The notes under the pieces: model-generated
Databases searched by the model: none
Told to the model about the DNA's origin: nothing
What the model saw: only the letters and a program-made list of their open reading frames with translations
NCBI GenBank assembly: GCA_037305845.1
Contig: CP147778.1
Location: 1,120,001 to 1,184,000, forward strand
DNA from: Candidatus Freyarchaeum deiterrae
GTDB taxonomy: Archaea; Asgardarchaeota; Jordiarchaeia; Jordiarchaeales; Jordiarchaeaceae
Length of the DNA stretch: 64,000 nt
Direction: 5' to 3'
Translations under genes and position numbers: made by a program
In this document: positions 49,367-60,810 of the stretch, in pieces
Layout of the letters: each line of letters begins with the position of its first letter
Position numbering within the stretch: the stretch's first letter is position 1

Positions 49367-50518
49367 TTAACCCCTAAGAATATTTACATAGGACGAGGTG
49401 CCGAATCCGCTTATGTTATTTGTGAGTCCTATTTCTGCATTCGGAACCTGTCTGGCTCCAGCTTGCCCGCGAAGTTGGAGTACAATCTCGGCCATCTGAT
49501 AAGCTCCTGTTGCTCCAATGGGGTGTCCTCTAGCTTTTAATCCTCCAGAAGGATTCACGGGCAAAGGACCATCTAAACTTATTAGCCCTTCGTCGATTGC
49601 TTGGCCTGCAGTGCCTTTCTCCACGAAGCCCAAGTCTTCAATAGTTAAAAATGCAGTTATTGAGAATGGATCATGTATCTCCATTAGATTCACCTTTCCG
49701 GGTGTTATTCCCGCCATCTTGTAAGCTTCTCTCGCCGCGTCTCTAGTAGCTTTAAGAGAAAGAAAGTCTTCTCTCGTATGGAAGATAAAAGTATCCGTGC
49801 CACGTCCTGCGCCTATGATCTCTACGGGAGAGGAGTTGAATTTTTTCGCGTAGTCTTCTGGGCATAGAATCAAGGCTGCAGCACCATCACCAAGCGGCGC
49901 GCAATCCATAAGGTGTATTGGTTCCGCCACCGGGTTTGAATTCATTGCTTTATCCATCGATATTTTGAATGGAAACTGCGCGTTGGGATTTTTTGAGGCG
50001 TTGTCATGCATTTGAACAGAGAATTTTGCGAAGGGCGCTCTACCAACGTCAAATGTGTTCATGTAAAGCCTCATCACCATCGCATTAATTCCCACTAGGG
50101 AGAGACCTAGAAAGGCTTCGTACTCCTGATCTGTTACCGTTGAAGTAATCGAGGTGGCATCACAAGTGGATGTATCCATCATTTTTTCTACACCTCCCAC
50201 CAGCACAATGTCGTGGGTTCCTGAAGCAACAGCTTTATATCCATGGTAAATAGCCGCAGCCCCAGATGCGCATCCCTCCTCGATTCTGGTCGCCGGAATT
50301 CCATTTAGACCCACAAAATCGGATAATTGAGCTGCTATATTCTCCTGATTGTTAAACTGGCCGGCAGACATGTTACCCACGTAAAGTGCTTCAATTTTGG
50401 GGTTTCCAGCGTCTTCAACTGCACTTCTTACTGCTTTTGAAAAAAGTGAACGTAGTGATTCGCTGAAAAGATGACCAACTTTAGTCATTCCAATTCCAAT
50501 AATTGCTACTTTTCTCAT
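49367..50518 (-). CDS. Acetoacetyl-CoA thiolase (archaeal type)
   Basis: CASG, DGAAA, EIHD, GHPIGATG. Confidence 0.92.
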   Translation of the reverse strand: MRKVAIIGIGMTKVGHLFSESLRSLFSKAVRSAVEDAGNPKIEALYVGNMSAGQFNNQENIAAQLSDFVGLNGIPATRIEEGCASGAAAIYHGYKAVASGTHDIVLVGGVEKMMDTSTCDATSITSTVTDQEYEAFLGLSLVGINAMVMRLYMNTFDVGRAPFAKFSVQMHDNASKNPNAQFPFKISMDKAMNSNPVAEPIHLMDCAPLGDGAAALILCPEDYAKKFNSSPVEIIGAGRGTDTFIFHTREDFLSLKATRDAAREAYKMAGITPGKVNLMEIHDPFSITAFLTIEDLGFVEKGTAGQAIDEGLISLDGPLPVNPSGGLKARGHPIGATGAYQMAEIVLQLRGQAGARQVPNAEIGLTNNISGFGTSSYVNILRG

Positions 50519-50534
50519 GACTTCACCCTCTATC

Positions 50535-51605
50535 TTAACGTTTTGATTCCAATCCAATTATCATCCTACGCCATTTAGCGTAACATGAATAATCAACATA
50601 CTCTTTTCTATTAATATAATCTTGAACTGTGGGAGCCAATTGACGCTTATCTTCAATCGCATCCTGAACGACTATATAAAAGGCATCGCTCCCAGCCCCC
50701 GAACCGTAAGAGACAACCAGTATGTTGTCCCCTGGTTTAGCATTATCCAAAATCGCTGACAAACCTAAGGGAATGCAACCGGAGTAAGTGTTACCTACCG
50801 TATTTACTATCTGTCCCGATCGAATCTGCTCCGGGGTGAACCCCAAGTCCCTCGCTGCTTTTTCGGGGAATTTCCCATTAGGTTGGTGGAATACAGCATG
50901 CTGGAAATCTTGAGGTTTCATACTTAAACCGTTCATTAGTTCTTTAGCGGCACTAATCACGTGATGGAAGTATGCTTGTCCAGTAAATACGCCACCGTGC
51001 TTGGGGTATGGTTGTTCGGCACGTCGCCAGAAATCGGCTGTGTCTGTGACGTAAGAACCTGAGGCTTTTATAGAGGCGGCAGCCTTTCCATCAGATTTAC
51101 CTAAAATTAATGCAGCGCCTCCAGCAGCAGCTGCGTACTCTAAATCATCGCCTGGAGCGCTCTGAGCTACATCTGCACCAATTGCCATACCATATTTTAT
51201 CATATCTGAGGCAACTAACCCCATACAGAACTGGATTGCCTCAGTGCCTGCTTTACAGGCAAACTCTATATCCGCTGCCAGTATATTGGGGGTTGTTCCT
51301 ATAACCTCGGCAACGGTACAGCCTGTAGGCTTGACCGCGTATGGTGGAGATTCTGACCCTGAAAGCACAGCCCTGATCTCGCTGGGCTCTATCTGTGCTC
51401 TTTTTATTGCGTTTTGAGCAGCCTCAATTGCAATAGTGGTTGTGTCTTCGTCTGGGCCTGCTACTGCTTTTTCTTCTACTCCTAACCCTTCAGTGACTCT
51501 CTCGAGGTATGTTCCCCAAACTGTTGCAATGGTTTCCACCTTGATTCTGTACTGGGGTATGTACGCGCCCCAACCGATTATACCCACTGGCTGTTTTGGT
51601 GTCAT
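50535..51605 (-). CDS. HMG-CoA synthase
   Basis: [29 protein letters not shown]. Confidence 0.94.
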   Translation of the reverse strand: MTPKQPVGIIGWGAYIPQYRIKVETIATVWGTYLERVTEGLGVEEKAVAGPDEDTTTIAIEAAQNAIKRAQIEPSEIRAVLSGSESPPYAVKPTGCTVAEVIGTTPNILAADIEFACKAGTEAIQFCMGLVASDMIKYGMAIGADVAQSAPGDDLEYAAAAGGAALILGKSDGKAAASIKASGSYVTDTADFWRRAEQPYPKHGGVFTGQAYFHHVISAAKELMNGLSMKPQDFQHAVFHQPNGKFPEKAARDLGFTPEQIRSGQIVNTVGNTYSGCIPLGLSAILDNAKPGDNILVVSYGSGAGSDAFYIVVQDAIEDKRQLAPTVQDYINRKEYVDYSCYAKWRRMIIGLESKR

Positions 51606-52096
51606 CAATTTGTTTAACCTCGAGATGAAATTGGTTAAAGAATAAATCTGGAGTTATATCTCAAATGTTAGCTTAACCCACTAAATTGGCTATTTAAACG
51701 TTATGTATAAAGGCAATATCACATCGACAATTTTAGATGTAAGCTTTAAATAATCAATAATTGATAAGATAATGGCTATTATACTCAAATTTGGCTAACT
51801 ATTTTTAAAATAAACAGTTTTTTGCCGTTATAAGCACTTTTTATAGTTAAAACCCTAAAATTGAGACTTTTAACGCCATTACCACGGAAAATCTATCAAA
51901 CTTTATAAGGATAAAGAATGAAGAGCATTTCTATTTTGGAATCAAAACAGGAATAATATAAGAAAAGGATAGGTTATATTTCAATTTTGACGAACTTCTT
52001 AGCCTTCCTTGAAGAAAGGGTTAAATATATTAAATGCAAATCGAAACAAAATTTTAAGGCAACCACTTCAACTGTGAAGTTTAGGAAGAGATTAAT

Positions 52097-53161
52097 TTGG
52101 AATTCGCACAAATAGTAGATGATTTATCAAAAAAAGTCAATCAAGTTTTAACTTCGTTTTTAGATAGAAAAATTTCAGCGGCGCCTTCTACCTATCACAA
52201 GACGTATTACTCAAATATTAAAGAGTATATTTTGAGAGGAGGAAAAAAGCTCAGACCCATTTCTCTAATTCAGGCTTATCGAAGTGTAGCGGACTCTAAT
52301 GGGAAGATATTTCTTCCTTCTATTTCCGTTGAGTTACTTCACAACGCTACATTAATTCATGATGATCTCATAGACCATGATGAGCTTCGTAGGAATGGCC
52401 CTACTTTCCACGTGAATTATAGAGAATGGTATAAAAGAGAGGTATCATCGGACGGAAAAGCCGAAGACTTTGGAAGCACCATGGCTATTCTGGGTGGAAA
52501 CACAACCTATAATTTAGGTATTGAAGCCCTTCTTTCTTCCAAGTTTCCTCCTAATATTATTTGTGAGACTGTTAACCTGTACCAAAATGTTTTCCAAGAA
52601 CTAATTGAAGGGGTCATGTTCGAGAGCGTGATTCAGAGAAGAGATGATGTAACCATAGAAGATTATTTAACAATGATAAAAATGAAAACTTCCGCTCTAT
52701 TAGAGAAGTCTATACAAATCGGGGCAGTGCTCGGAGGAGCCAAATCGAGCCAAATTAAGGCATTAAAGGATTACGCAGTGTTAATGGGCCAAGCTTTTCA
52801 AATTCAGGATGACGTATTAGGAACATTTGGGGAGGAATCTGATACCGGAAAACCTGTTGATGGAGATATTAAGGAAGGTAAAAGAACAATTTTGGTAGTT
52901 CAAGCTTTTAGCAGTGCGTCTCCTAAAGAACTAAACGTTCTCAATAAGATATTAGGTAATTCGAATGCAAATCCAAGTGAGGTGGAAAGAGTTAGAAAAA
53001 TATTTCAAGATACCGGAGCTCTTGAAAACTCTAAAAAAATGGCATTGCAACTGAAGGAAGAAGCAAAAAAAAGACTACTTAAAGCCAAACCACCATTGAA
53101 TGATGAGCCCAAGCAATTTTTCTCAACACTGGCAGATTTCGTAGTAAGCAGGATTAAATAA
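52097..53161 (+). CDS. Polyprenyl diphosphate synthase (IdsA/GGPPS family)
   Basis: GGKKLRP, HDDLID..RR, KT, FQIQDD, DIKEGK. Confidence 0.92.
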   Translation: MEFAQIVDDLSKKVNQVLTSFLDRKISAAPSTYHKTYYSNIKEYILRGGKKLRPISLIQAYRSVADSNGKIFLPSISVELLHNATLIHDDLIDHDELRRNGPTFHVNYREWYKREVSSDGKAEDFGSTMAILGGNTTYNLGIEALLSSKFPPNIICETVNLYQNVFQELIEGVMFESVIQRRDDVTIEDYLTMIKMKTSALLEKSIQIGAVLGGAKSSQIKALKDYAVLMGQAFQIQDDVLGTFGEESDTGKPVDGDIKEGKRTILVVQAFSSASPKELNVLNKILGNSNANPSEVERVRKIFQDTGALENSKKMALQLKEEAKKRLLKAKPPLNDEPKQFFSTLADFVVSRIK

Positions 53162-53379
53162 ATACCAAAAATTTGGTCCGAAAATTAGAAAACAAAAAAT
53201 ATAACATTTAGAATTAAACATTACCCTTCCCCTTTAAGTATCCAGAGGTCACAAGTCATCAAGCCCACCGCATAAGTACTTTCGGAGGTAAAGTCAGACA
53301 CCCAAAATAGACCTCCAAAGTATTCTCCTTTTCAACTTTTTTGGCGAGTGTAACTTTTAGTTCGAAGTTCACGGAGTAT

Positions 53380-56300
53380 TTACTCGGTTGATCTTTTGAA
53401 TCTGATTTCTTCAGCCTTGGCTATTAGATTAGGTAGTATTATGTTTTGGTAAACTCTGGCGTACCCTTCTTCTTCGCTTATCACGGCAACTGGGATTTCG
53501 TTTGTTATTGCAGGTGCTAATAGTATCTCTGTTTGATCTCTTATACAGCCGTATAGATCTTGCTCACTCCTCTTCCATACTTTGATTCTCTTTTTTGAGA
53601 GCTCTGTTATCTCACTTTTTTGGTCCTCGGAAAAATAGGTTATTAGATGTATACTTACTGATTCTTCTTTCATGGTCAGCTCTTTGATAGGAATGTCTTG
53701 GATGTTTGGGACTATTATTGTTATGGTTTTGGTGGCTCTTTTTATCATATCTATTATGTGTGTTATTATTGATTCCTTGGTTACTAGGTTCCAAGTTTTT
53801 TGGGCTTCATTTGGCTTTGATTTTCCTAGTTCCTCCCAAGCCGCGGTTAGAAGTTCGGCTGTCACGCTCGAATGTTTTTCTGATTCTTCAAATAGTTTTG
53901 TAAAAGTAGAAGAGATTTCGTTTATGTATGTCGCAATTTTGTTTTGTGTATTTTCGAGATTTGAGTCAAGATTCTCTTGTATTTTTCCCGTTGCTTCCTT
54001 AACGTCGTTTTCATGTGTGATAATATTTTCATTAAGTTTGTTTTGAATCTCGCTCATTATTTCTTTAAATGTTTGAGAATAGTTAGTTATTGTCTCTACT
54101 ATTTTTTCTTTGGTTTCACTAATTGTTTTGTTGTAATCTTCTAATTCGTTTTTGATTATTTTGGAAGATTTTTCCCTAGAATTTGAAGTTTTATCGCGTA
54201 GTTCATTCATGTAATTGTTTAGGGATTCAACCAAAGAAGATTTAAGAGATTCTGATTGTTGTTCGTTTTCTCGGATATAATTTTTTATGGTATCGTTTAT
54301 TGAAGTTCTAGCAATCTTTAACGTTTCTTCTATGCTCTGAGAATTATTTTTAATTGTGTTTTCTGTTTCTTCTTTCGTTGAATTTATTATAGAGTTGTTT
54401 TCTGCTATTAGTTTTTGAATTGTTTCTTCCGCTTCTAGTTTAGCGGTTTCCGTGTCGCTCATTAGTTTTTCCTGTTGTCTTTTCATTAGAATTGCAATTT
54501 CTTCGTTTAGAATTCCCATTTTGCCTTGATAATCCTCAAGTTCCGATCGTGTATTGTCTAATGCATTTTGGACAGAACGCTCTTTTGCGTCTCTAGTTAT
54601 TTTTATTAATTCCGAAACATTTTCGAGCAACGATTTACGACTCTTATCTATTGTTTCTTTAGTACTGCGGATATGACCGCTAAATGTGTTATTCGCTTCG
54701 TCGAAGAGAACAGAATCTACTTTTTTTAGTGCATGTTTTTCTCCTTCAATTTTTTCATGTATGCCTTCCGTTAGCTTTTCATTTTCTACTTTCCTTTCTT
54801 CTAATTTTTTATTTATCGTAGAAGAAAAGTTATTTTTCACTTGGTTAATTTCCTTTTCTAAATATTCCAACTTACTCTTAATATTTTGTTCAACAACATT
54901 TTTTAAATTGTTTATAGACTTTTGATTCTCAAGCATGGAATTTATTTGGATTGTTAATTCACTCTCAGTTTTGTACTCGGCCTTTTTGATTAATTCAAAC
55001 TTCTCATTTAAAGAACTAACAATAGTATTTTCTAGAGCGGTAATACTTTCTTGAAATTCGTTTATACCACCATTGACTATGGTTTCCATTACATTTTTTG
55101 CGTCCCGAATTTTTGCATCGAATTCATCTATGTACTGTTTTAAGTTTTCAGTTATCCTATCATTTAGCTCATTTGCTAGTTGATTGGTCTCTTTTGATTG
55201 TGTGTTTAGCATTTTTTCTACGTCTTCCCCTAGTCTTTCCAAGCTCTGGCCTATCGAAATTATTTTTTCGTCGATTGTGCTATGAAAGCTTTCCTTCATA
55301 TTTTGCACTTGGGTTTCAAACTCAGAGAACCGTTGATCCAACATGCTTTTAATACTTGAATTCAGGTCACCAGTATCTTTTTTGAAGGATTCTACATTTT
55401 TAGAGATAAATTCTGAGAAGCTTTTTATTTTCTGCACTTTGTTTTCACCAATTAAGTTGCTGAAGTTTGCGATTATGTAATCTATGATACTCGTAATTTT
55501 TTTCTGTGAGAGTTCAAAACCGGTGGACTCACCTTCAAGTCTCCTGCTTATGGCTTCAGAGGTCTGACGCTTTATCTCTTCAGCATAGTCTCCTAGACTT
55601 GCGGTTTTCTTATTTAGGTCATCTACGTCTTTTTTGAACCGTTCTGCCTCTCTTTTAATTTCTTCAAGGTCTAAATTTAGAGTTTCAGAAAATTTTTCTC
55701 GTATATTCTTAGTAGTATTTTCAAAAGTCTTTATTTTGGAATCAATATTCTGAGGTATGTCTCTTGAAACTGTTTGCGCGGAGTTTAGTAGGCTTGATTT
55801 GGACTCTTCTAATGAAACTAGAAGGATATTTTGCATATTTTTTAGGTTGCCAGAATATATTCTGAAATCTGAATGCAGATTCTCTTTAGTATTATTTTCG
55901 ATATTTGCTAAACTTGAATTTATTTTCTGAACGTTTTCTCGGAACGATTCTCTTATTTTTTCTAGCTTTTCAGCAGTTTTAGTATTTATACCGAGTTGTT
56001 GATTAAGAGTATCTGAATAATAATTTTGGAGTTTGTTGCCAGTGTCAAACAAATTTTCAGTTCCAGCGTCTATTGTCTTCACAAATTCATTTTGAAAAGC
56101 TAAATATTCCCCGCTAAGCAATTCCATATGCGAATCTAAGTAGCCATCAATGGTTGCCTTAACTTCTTCAATTATCGAAGAAGCACTAGAATATTCCATG
56201 CTAATTACTTCTGTTAATTTTTCAGTAATCGATTCGATGTTTTTTTCGTGGTTTTTAAATAATCTGTTTAGAGCTTTGCTTGTCAAGTAATAAAAATGCG

Positions 56301-57300
56301 AAAGTATTTTTGCATTCTCTATTGAGTTTTTCAAAATAGTTTTTTCAATATTATCAGTAAGCAGGTTCAATTTTTCTTTTCTGCTTTTGATTTGATTCTG
56401 AAAATTTTTATCTATAGAGGATAAAAATTCCACCACGCTGCTAGCGAAATCATTTTGCCGAGCATATAAAATAGAAAGAGTTTTGTTTTTTGCTTTATCT
56501 GATAGCTCATCAAATTTTAACGAACTCTTTTCGAGTAGATCAATACTTTTAGTCTCTAATTGCTTTAGGCTTTCCAAAAGTGTTTGGTAGTTTTGGGATA
56601 GTGTTTTTTGTATATTTTCGTTTATATCCTGAATATTGTTAAAATAATTCTTGAAATTGCTATCAATACTTTCCATTAGTTTTTTTTCTCTTGCCTCTTT
56701 CTCCTTTTCGCTCTTCTCAGCTTGCATGCCTAAGATATTCTGTAAATCATTCTCGTATTCCTGAATTCTAGTATTGTAGAGCTCAGATTGGCTTTCAATA
56801 GCGTCAGTGATTTTTTTTACTCTTTTTTCTGCTTCTTTTTCTAGTGTTCCAGAAGTTTGCAGGGTGAGGTTTTCTAGATTTTTGGCTGTCGTTGCGTTTT
56901 CTCTGCTAATTTTAGCAAATTCTGTATCTATAATATTTTTCGAATCGCTCCTCCAAGCAGTTACTAAGCTTTCTAATTCCGCCAAAGTTTCCTTAAACTT
57001 TTGATCTATATTTTTTCCAATGCTTTCAGTTTCTTTCCTAAAGGTTTCTAATGTTTCCCCGAGGTTCTTAAATGGTGGTGATATAGAATATCTTTCTACA
57101 ATTCCAGGCATTTTTCTTACAATTTGCTGTTTTTCCAGCTTTTCAAGCAAAGGCTCCACTACAGCAATAGGAAAATCAGTGTATACACCTATTTCTCCAG
57201 GCGTGAGAGTACCGTTAAGTAAAATGACTTCATATAATTTTGCTTCCTCGCTACTTAAACCTATATTTTCCATAATTGTCTGGGTAACCGATGACGCCAA
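53380..57300 (-). CDS. 1306-aa protein: TrmB-like wHTH, about 1100-aa coiled coil, TrmB/PLD-like C-domain
   Basis: GLSSEEAKLY...ERYSISPP; heptad-rich middle; I..MIKRATKTITIIVP...RDQTEILLAP. Confidence 0.8.
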   Translation of the reverse strand: MASSVTQTIMENIGLSSEEAKLYEVILLNGTLTPGEIGVYTDFPIAVVEPLLEKLEKQQIVRKMPGIVERYSISPPFKNLGETLETFRKETESIGKNIDQKFKETLAELESLVTAWRSDSKNIIDTEFAKISRENATTAKNLENLTLQTSGTLEKEAEKRVKKITDAIESQSELYNTRIQEYENDLQNILGMQAEKSEKEKEAREKKLMESIDSNFKNYFNNIQDINENIQKTLSQNYQTLLESLKQLETKSIDLLEKSSLKFDELSDKAKNKTLSILYARQNDFASSVVEFLSSIDKNFQNQIKSRKEKLNLLTDNIEKTILKNSIENAKILSHFYYLTSKALNRLFKNHEKNIESITEKLTEVISMEYSSASSIIEEVKATIDGYLDSHMELLSGEYLAFQNEFVKTIDAGTENLFDTGNKLQNYYSDTLNQQLGINTKTAEKLEKIRESFRENVQKINSSLANIENNTKENLHSDFRIYSGNLKNMQNILLVSLEESKSSLLNSAQTVSRDIPQNIDSKIKTFENTTKNIREKFSETLNLDLEEIKREAERFKKDVDDLNKKTASLGDYAEEIKRQTSEAISRRLEGESTGFELSQKKITSIIDYIIANFSNLIGENKVQKIKSFSEFISKNVESFKKDTGDLNSSIKSMLDQRFSEFETQVQNMKESFHSTIDEKIISIGQSLERLGEDVEKMLNTQSKETNQLANELNDRITENLKQYIDEFDAKIRDAKNVMETIVNGGINEFQESITALENTIVSSLNEKFELIKKAEYKTESELTIQINSMLENQKSINNLKNVVEQNIKSKLEYLEKEINQVKNNFSSTINKKLEERKVENEKLTEGIHEKIEGEKHALKKVDSVLFDEANNTFSGHIRSTKETIDKSRKSLLENVSELIKITRDAKERSVQNALDNTRSELEDYQGKMGILNEEIAILMKRQQEKLMSDTETAKLEAEETIQKLIAENNSIINSTKEETENTIKNNSQSIEETLKIARTSINDTIKNYIRENEQQSESLKSSLVESLNNYMNELRDKTSNSREKSSKIIKNELEDYNKTISETKEKIVETITNYSQTFKEIMSEIQNKLNENIITHENDVKEATGKIQENLDSNLENTQNKIATYINEISSTFTKLFEESEKHSSVTAELLTAAWEELGKSKPNEAQKTWNLVTKESIITHIIDMIKRATKTITIIVPNIQDIPIKELTMKEESVSIHLITYFSEDQKSEITELSKKRIKVWKRSEQDLYGCIRDQTEILLAPAITNEIPVAVISEEEGYARVYQNIILPNLIAKAEEIRFKRSTE

Positions 57301-57498
57301 CTCCGAAACACCTCTAAACTAAAAAATGATTCATTAAATTGAATAAATGTTTTAGTATATGGTATATGGTAAAAAGGAGGTAGTACATAAAAGGATTCTT
57401 TAATCTTAAAAATAGTCTTAAAAATTTATCATTGGGAAATTGAAAGTTTTAGAGAGATATAAGAAGGTTATCAAAATTGATAAAATCGTTGGGAAGGC

Positions 57499-58887
57499 TT
57501 ACTTGTAAGCGTATATTAAACTGATTTCCTTCTTTTCTTTGGGACCGAGAGGTATTATCCATATGAAGCTATTCTCAACATCTTTTTGAGGGCTGTGTGT
57601 TGCGTTTATTATTTCTGGACGTACGTTTTCTGGAGCTTTGTCGTTTATCAATACAATTATTGGTTCGTTTCTTCGGTTTTCTACTTTGAATTTCGTAAGG
57701 TATTTTCTAGAGAAATCTTCGTTTGGCTCTCCGTCTTTGTTGTTAAGTTTTTCTTGTTCTTTTCCTGTGTTCACATCAGAGGCATATCCAATCTTGATTC
57801 TTGCTTCTTCATTTGTTGGGGTAAATTCAATTTTTCCTTCGCTCGCGAACTGAGCTTTTTCCCAGTAAACCACGGAACCGGGAGCCCAGCCTAATTCTTG
57901 GTTATTCGTGATTTTCAGAAAAAGAATTGGCTTGGATTCTGATGTATTCCAAAGATATTCACGACTTCCCTCTATTGTTCCTTGTATTATGGGAATTAAA
58001 ACAGAGGACATTTTGGGAATGGTTAAGGCTTCAGAAATATGATATTTATATGAAACAAATTGTTGTTTCATCGGTATAACTTCCGGGTTATCCGCCTCAT
58101 TGTTTTTCGTCTTATGTGTATAAATCTGAATCTTTGATTCGGGAGCCGTTCCTACCTCCAAATCGACTGAAACATCCTTCCAATCTTCTGCAGTAGGATT
58201 TCTAACGATGCCCCAACCGTAAAGTATGAATTCCCCATCTAGTTCATGGATATGGTATATCATGTCCCATTTTTCCAGTTTCTGTAAATATCGGATAATT
58301 ATATCATGAGCTTCTTTTCCATCTTTACCAGGGTCTAACTCCCATCCAATCGTTGCCTTCGCTTCTCCTCGTGTTTGACTTTGATGAATTTTTTTAATAA
58401 TGTTTTTGTGTGGAACAAGTTTATCAATGTCGTTCATAGGTAGTCGGATAATTTTATTTTCCTCACTTAATAGAATCAGTTCATCAGTTCTCTCAACGGA
58501 ATTATTAGTAATTATTATATGACCATTGGTTTCGGAGCCTAAAATAAGTCCGGTAATTTCCTCTCCGCCCTTGGTTATTATGGTGGTTTCCTCGTTTATT
58601 GAGCCTTCTATGATGCTTGAGAAAGCTCTACCTGATTCTATACGTAGTTCATTTTCCGAGGTTTCGAAACCGTTTCCTGAAATTTCATACTGTATTTTTT
58701 TAACCGCTCCACCATCGATGTCAATAACCATTATTGTTCTTAACACGTTATTTAAATCATTCAAATCAAAATCAAGTGAATAAAGAATTCCTTCTTTTAC
58801 TGGAACAGATCCCTGCCTCTCTACTATCGAAACTCCATCTGAAAAGAGGCTAACATTCTTGACCGGAATTTTTTTGGACACATCCAT
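57499..58887 (-). CDS. DUF4139 family protein
   Basis: V.LFSDGVS, V.NPTAEDW.DV.V.L, final W...L.P.E..I.L.Y. Confidence 0.75.
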   Translation of the reverse strand: MDVSKKIPVKNVSLFSDGVSIVERQGSVPVKEGILYSLDFDLNDLNNVLRTIMVIDIDGGAVKKIQYEISGNGFETSENELRIESGRAFSSIIEGSINEETTIITKGGEEITGLILGSETNGHIIITNNSVERTDELILLSEENKIIRLPMNDIDKLVPHKNIIKKIHQSQTRGEAKATIGWELDPGKDGKEAHDIIIRYLQKLEKWDMIYHIHELDGEFILYGWGIVRNPTAEDWKDVSVDLEVGTAPESKIQIYTHKTKNNEADNPEVIPMKQQFVSYKYHISEALTIPKMSSVLIPIIQGTIEGSREYLWNTSESKPILFLKITNNQELGWAPGSVVYWEKAQFASEGKIEFTPTNEEARIKIGYASDVNTGKEQEKLNNKDGEPNEDFSRKYLTKFKVENRRNEPIIVLINDKAPENVRPEIINATHSPQKDVENSFIWIIPLGPKEKKEISLIYAYK

Positions 58888-59224
58888 AATATCTTCCCCA
58901 GAATTTTTACTCCTTTTATGAGGAGAATTTAATTAACGGTGCTTAAAATTTAAGGTCAATGAATACGTTTTCTATCTGGCAATGTTCGGATTCTACTTAT
59001 TTTTCACATTTAATTCTCTTTGTAATCTCTTTGTAATATCAGCTGAGTAAGAGAAAAAGATCCGAAATCCTAAAAGTCAAGTGAATTAATTTTTAATTGA
59101 ATAAAATTTATATGTTTTAATACAATGCGAAACAATCCGTATATTGTTTGAAGTATAACTAATGTAGAAACAGATTCATTTTTAAGTTTTCATTCGTAAC
59201 TATTAATCTGGAGGAAGTTAACCA

Positions 59225-60193
59225 ATGAGTGACAAACAACAGCAAGCAATCAGAGAGCTACTTGCCAAGATTATTAAGGACACCATACAAGAGAGTGTAG
59301 AGCCTCCCATCCGCACTTTAATAAAGAGTATACAAATGATCCGTGACCGAGTTAACGAGCTTGAGGCATCGGTTGAAAGCGTGATTACAGATCAGGGTGG
59401 AAAAATCGACAAACTCAGAGATGAAATGAATATGCTATCTGAAACAGCGCAAAAACTAGAAGATATGTTACAAGAAATGCCAAATTCACCCAAAACAATT
59501 AGCGACTCAGAAGAGAAGTCAGTTTCAGAATTGAAACCTGTCGAAACTCCGCCCGCGAAAATTGTTAACAGCACCAAGTCAAACGCGGAAACTATTTCCA
59601 CAACAGAGTCAAAAGAAAATGCCACAAAAAGAAAAATAACAGAGGAGAAGATCAAAGCATTATTTAATAAATTAGAACAGGTTCTACCTTCACCCGAACC
59701 CGAAGTGAAAAAAGAAGTCATACCCACTAAAAAAGATGTAACTAAAATACTTGATAAACAAATCCCTGTTCAAAGGATGGAAAAAATTCGGGAACCAGTT
59801 CAAAAAGAAAACATTGAACCCATGGATAGTTTGTTAACTTCCAAACAGAGCGAAGAACAAACTCAATCAGATTTATTCGCAGAGTTTGATGAAACAGATG
59901 TAATAGCTAAGAAAAAGACTGCTGAAATTCCATTAGTTGAAAACGAAGAACTGTCCCCAGTTGAAAATCCTAGTTCTGATTCTAGAACCGTCCTTGATAA
60001 TTTAACCGTGGAACTGAGCGAGCTTGAGATTCAGAGATCCGATTTTGAAAGGAAACTCGGAGATATCGCATTCGATCGTATGCGTGGTCTAATAACTGAG
60101 GAAGAATACAAAACCAGAACACAAGAACTTAGGCAAAACTTAGAGCGTATATCTAAACGAATTGATCAAATTATGGATAGAATGAGATACTGA
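59225..60193 (+). CDS. Coiled-coil protein with disordered linker and SHOCT-like C-terminus
   Basis: N- and C-terminal heptads; GLITEEEY. Confidence 0.65.
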   Translation: MSDKQQQAIRELLAKIIKDTIQESVEPPIRTLIKSIQMIRDRVNELEASVESVITDQGGKIDKLRDEMNMLSETAQKLEDMLQEMPNSPKTISDSEEKSVSELKPVETPPAKIVNSTKSNAETISTTESKENATKRKITEEKIKALFNKLEQVLPSPEPEVKKEVIPTKKDVTKILDKQIPVQRMEKIREPVQKENIEPMDSLLTSKQSEEQTQSDLFAEFDETDVIAKKKTAEIPLVENEELSPVENPSSDSRTVLDNLTVELSELEIQRSDFERKLGDIAFDRMRGLITEEEYKTRTQELRQNLERISKRIDQIMDRMRY

Positions 60194-60301
60194 ACTTTTT
60201 CAGTTAAATTGACTAAATACATTATGATGATGGTTTCCAGTTGGCAGTATGATTAAATTATTTCCTAGACTTAATTTATAATTGAAAATAGAGTTAAAGG
60301 A

Positions 60302-60607
60302 TTGATAAAGCTCATAATATGGTTCGGTGGAAACTTGAAGTCTAAGGAATTTAAAGATGTTTGGGATTACCACTATACCACAAGCATGGGTAAAGGGGGA
60401 GAACAAATTACAGTAATTCACGCTATGGCACCAACAAAAAAGTTAGTTAGATTGGGGCTGAACGATTCAGTTAAGGTTAAGGAACTATGGTTAGAAGTTG
60501 TAAAGCAAGTTACTTATTTTAATGATAATGCGGCTAATACAGATTTTGAAATAAATTTTGAGGAAGACAATGTCGAAGTAACTATTACCATAACTCAAAA
60601 GCCGTAA
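60302..60607 (+). CDS. Small hypothetical protein (true start probably a downstream TTG)
   Basis: ORF with coding-like composition. Confidence 0.5.
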   Translation: MIKLIIWFGGNLKSKEFKDVWDYHYTTSMGKGGEQITVIHAMAPTKKLVRLGLNDSVKVKELWLEVVKQVTYFNDNAANTDFEINFEEDNVEVTITITQKP

Positions 60608-60810
60608 AAATATATACTAAGAGTCGGTTCTCAGGAACAATACAAGAGATTTATAATTATTTTAAAATTAGGCAATAAACTCACATCGAATAATGAGTAT
60701 AGTATTTTTACCTTATTATAAAAACTTATAAAACTCAAAATAACTAATTAAAACTTGAAGAGCTATAATTTTTGATGTGAAAGTTACCCGCACCGGTGGT
60801 GTAATTTAAT

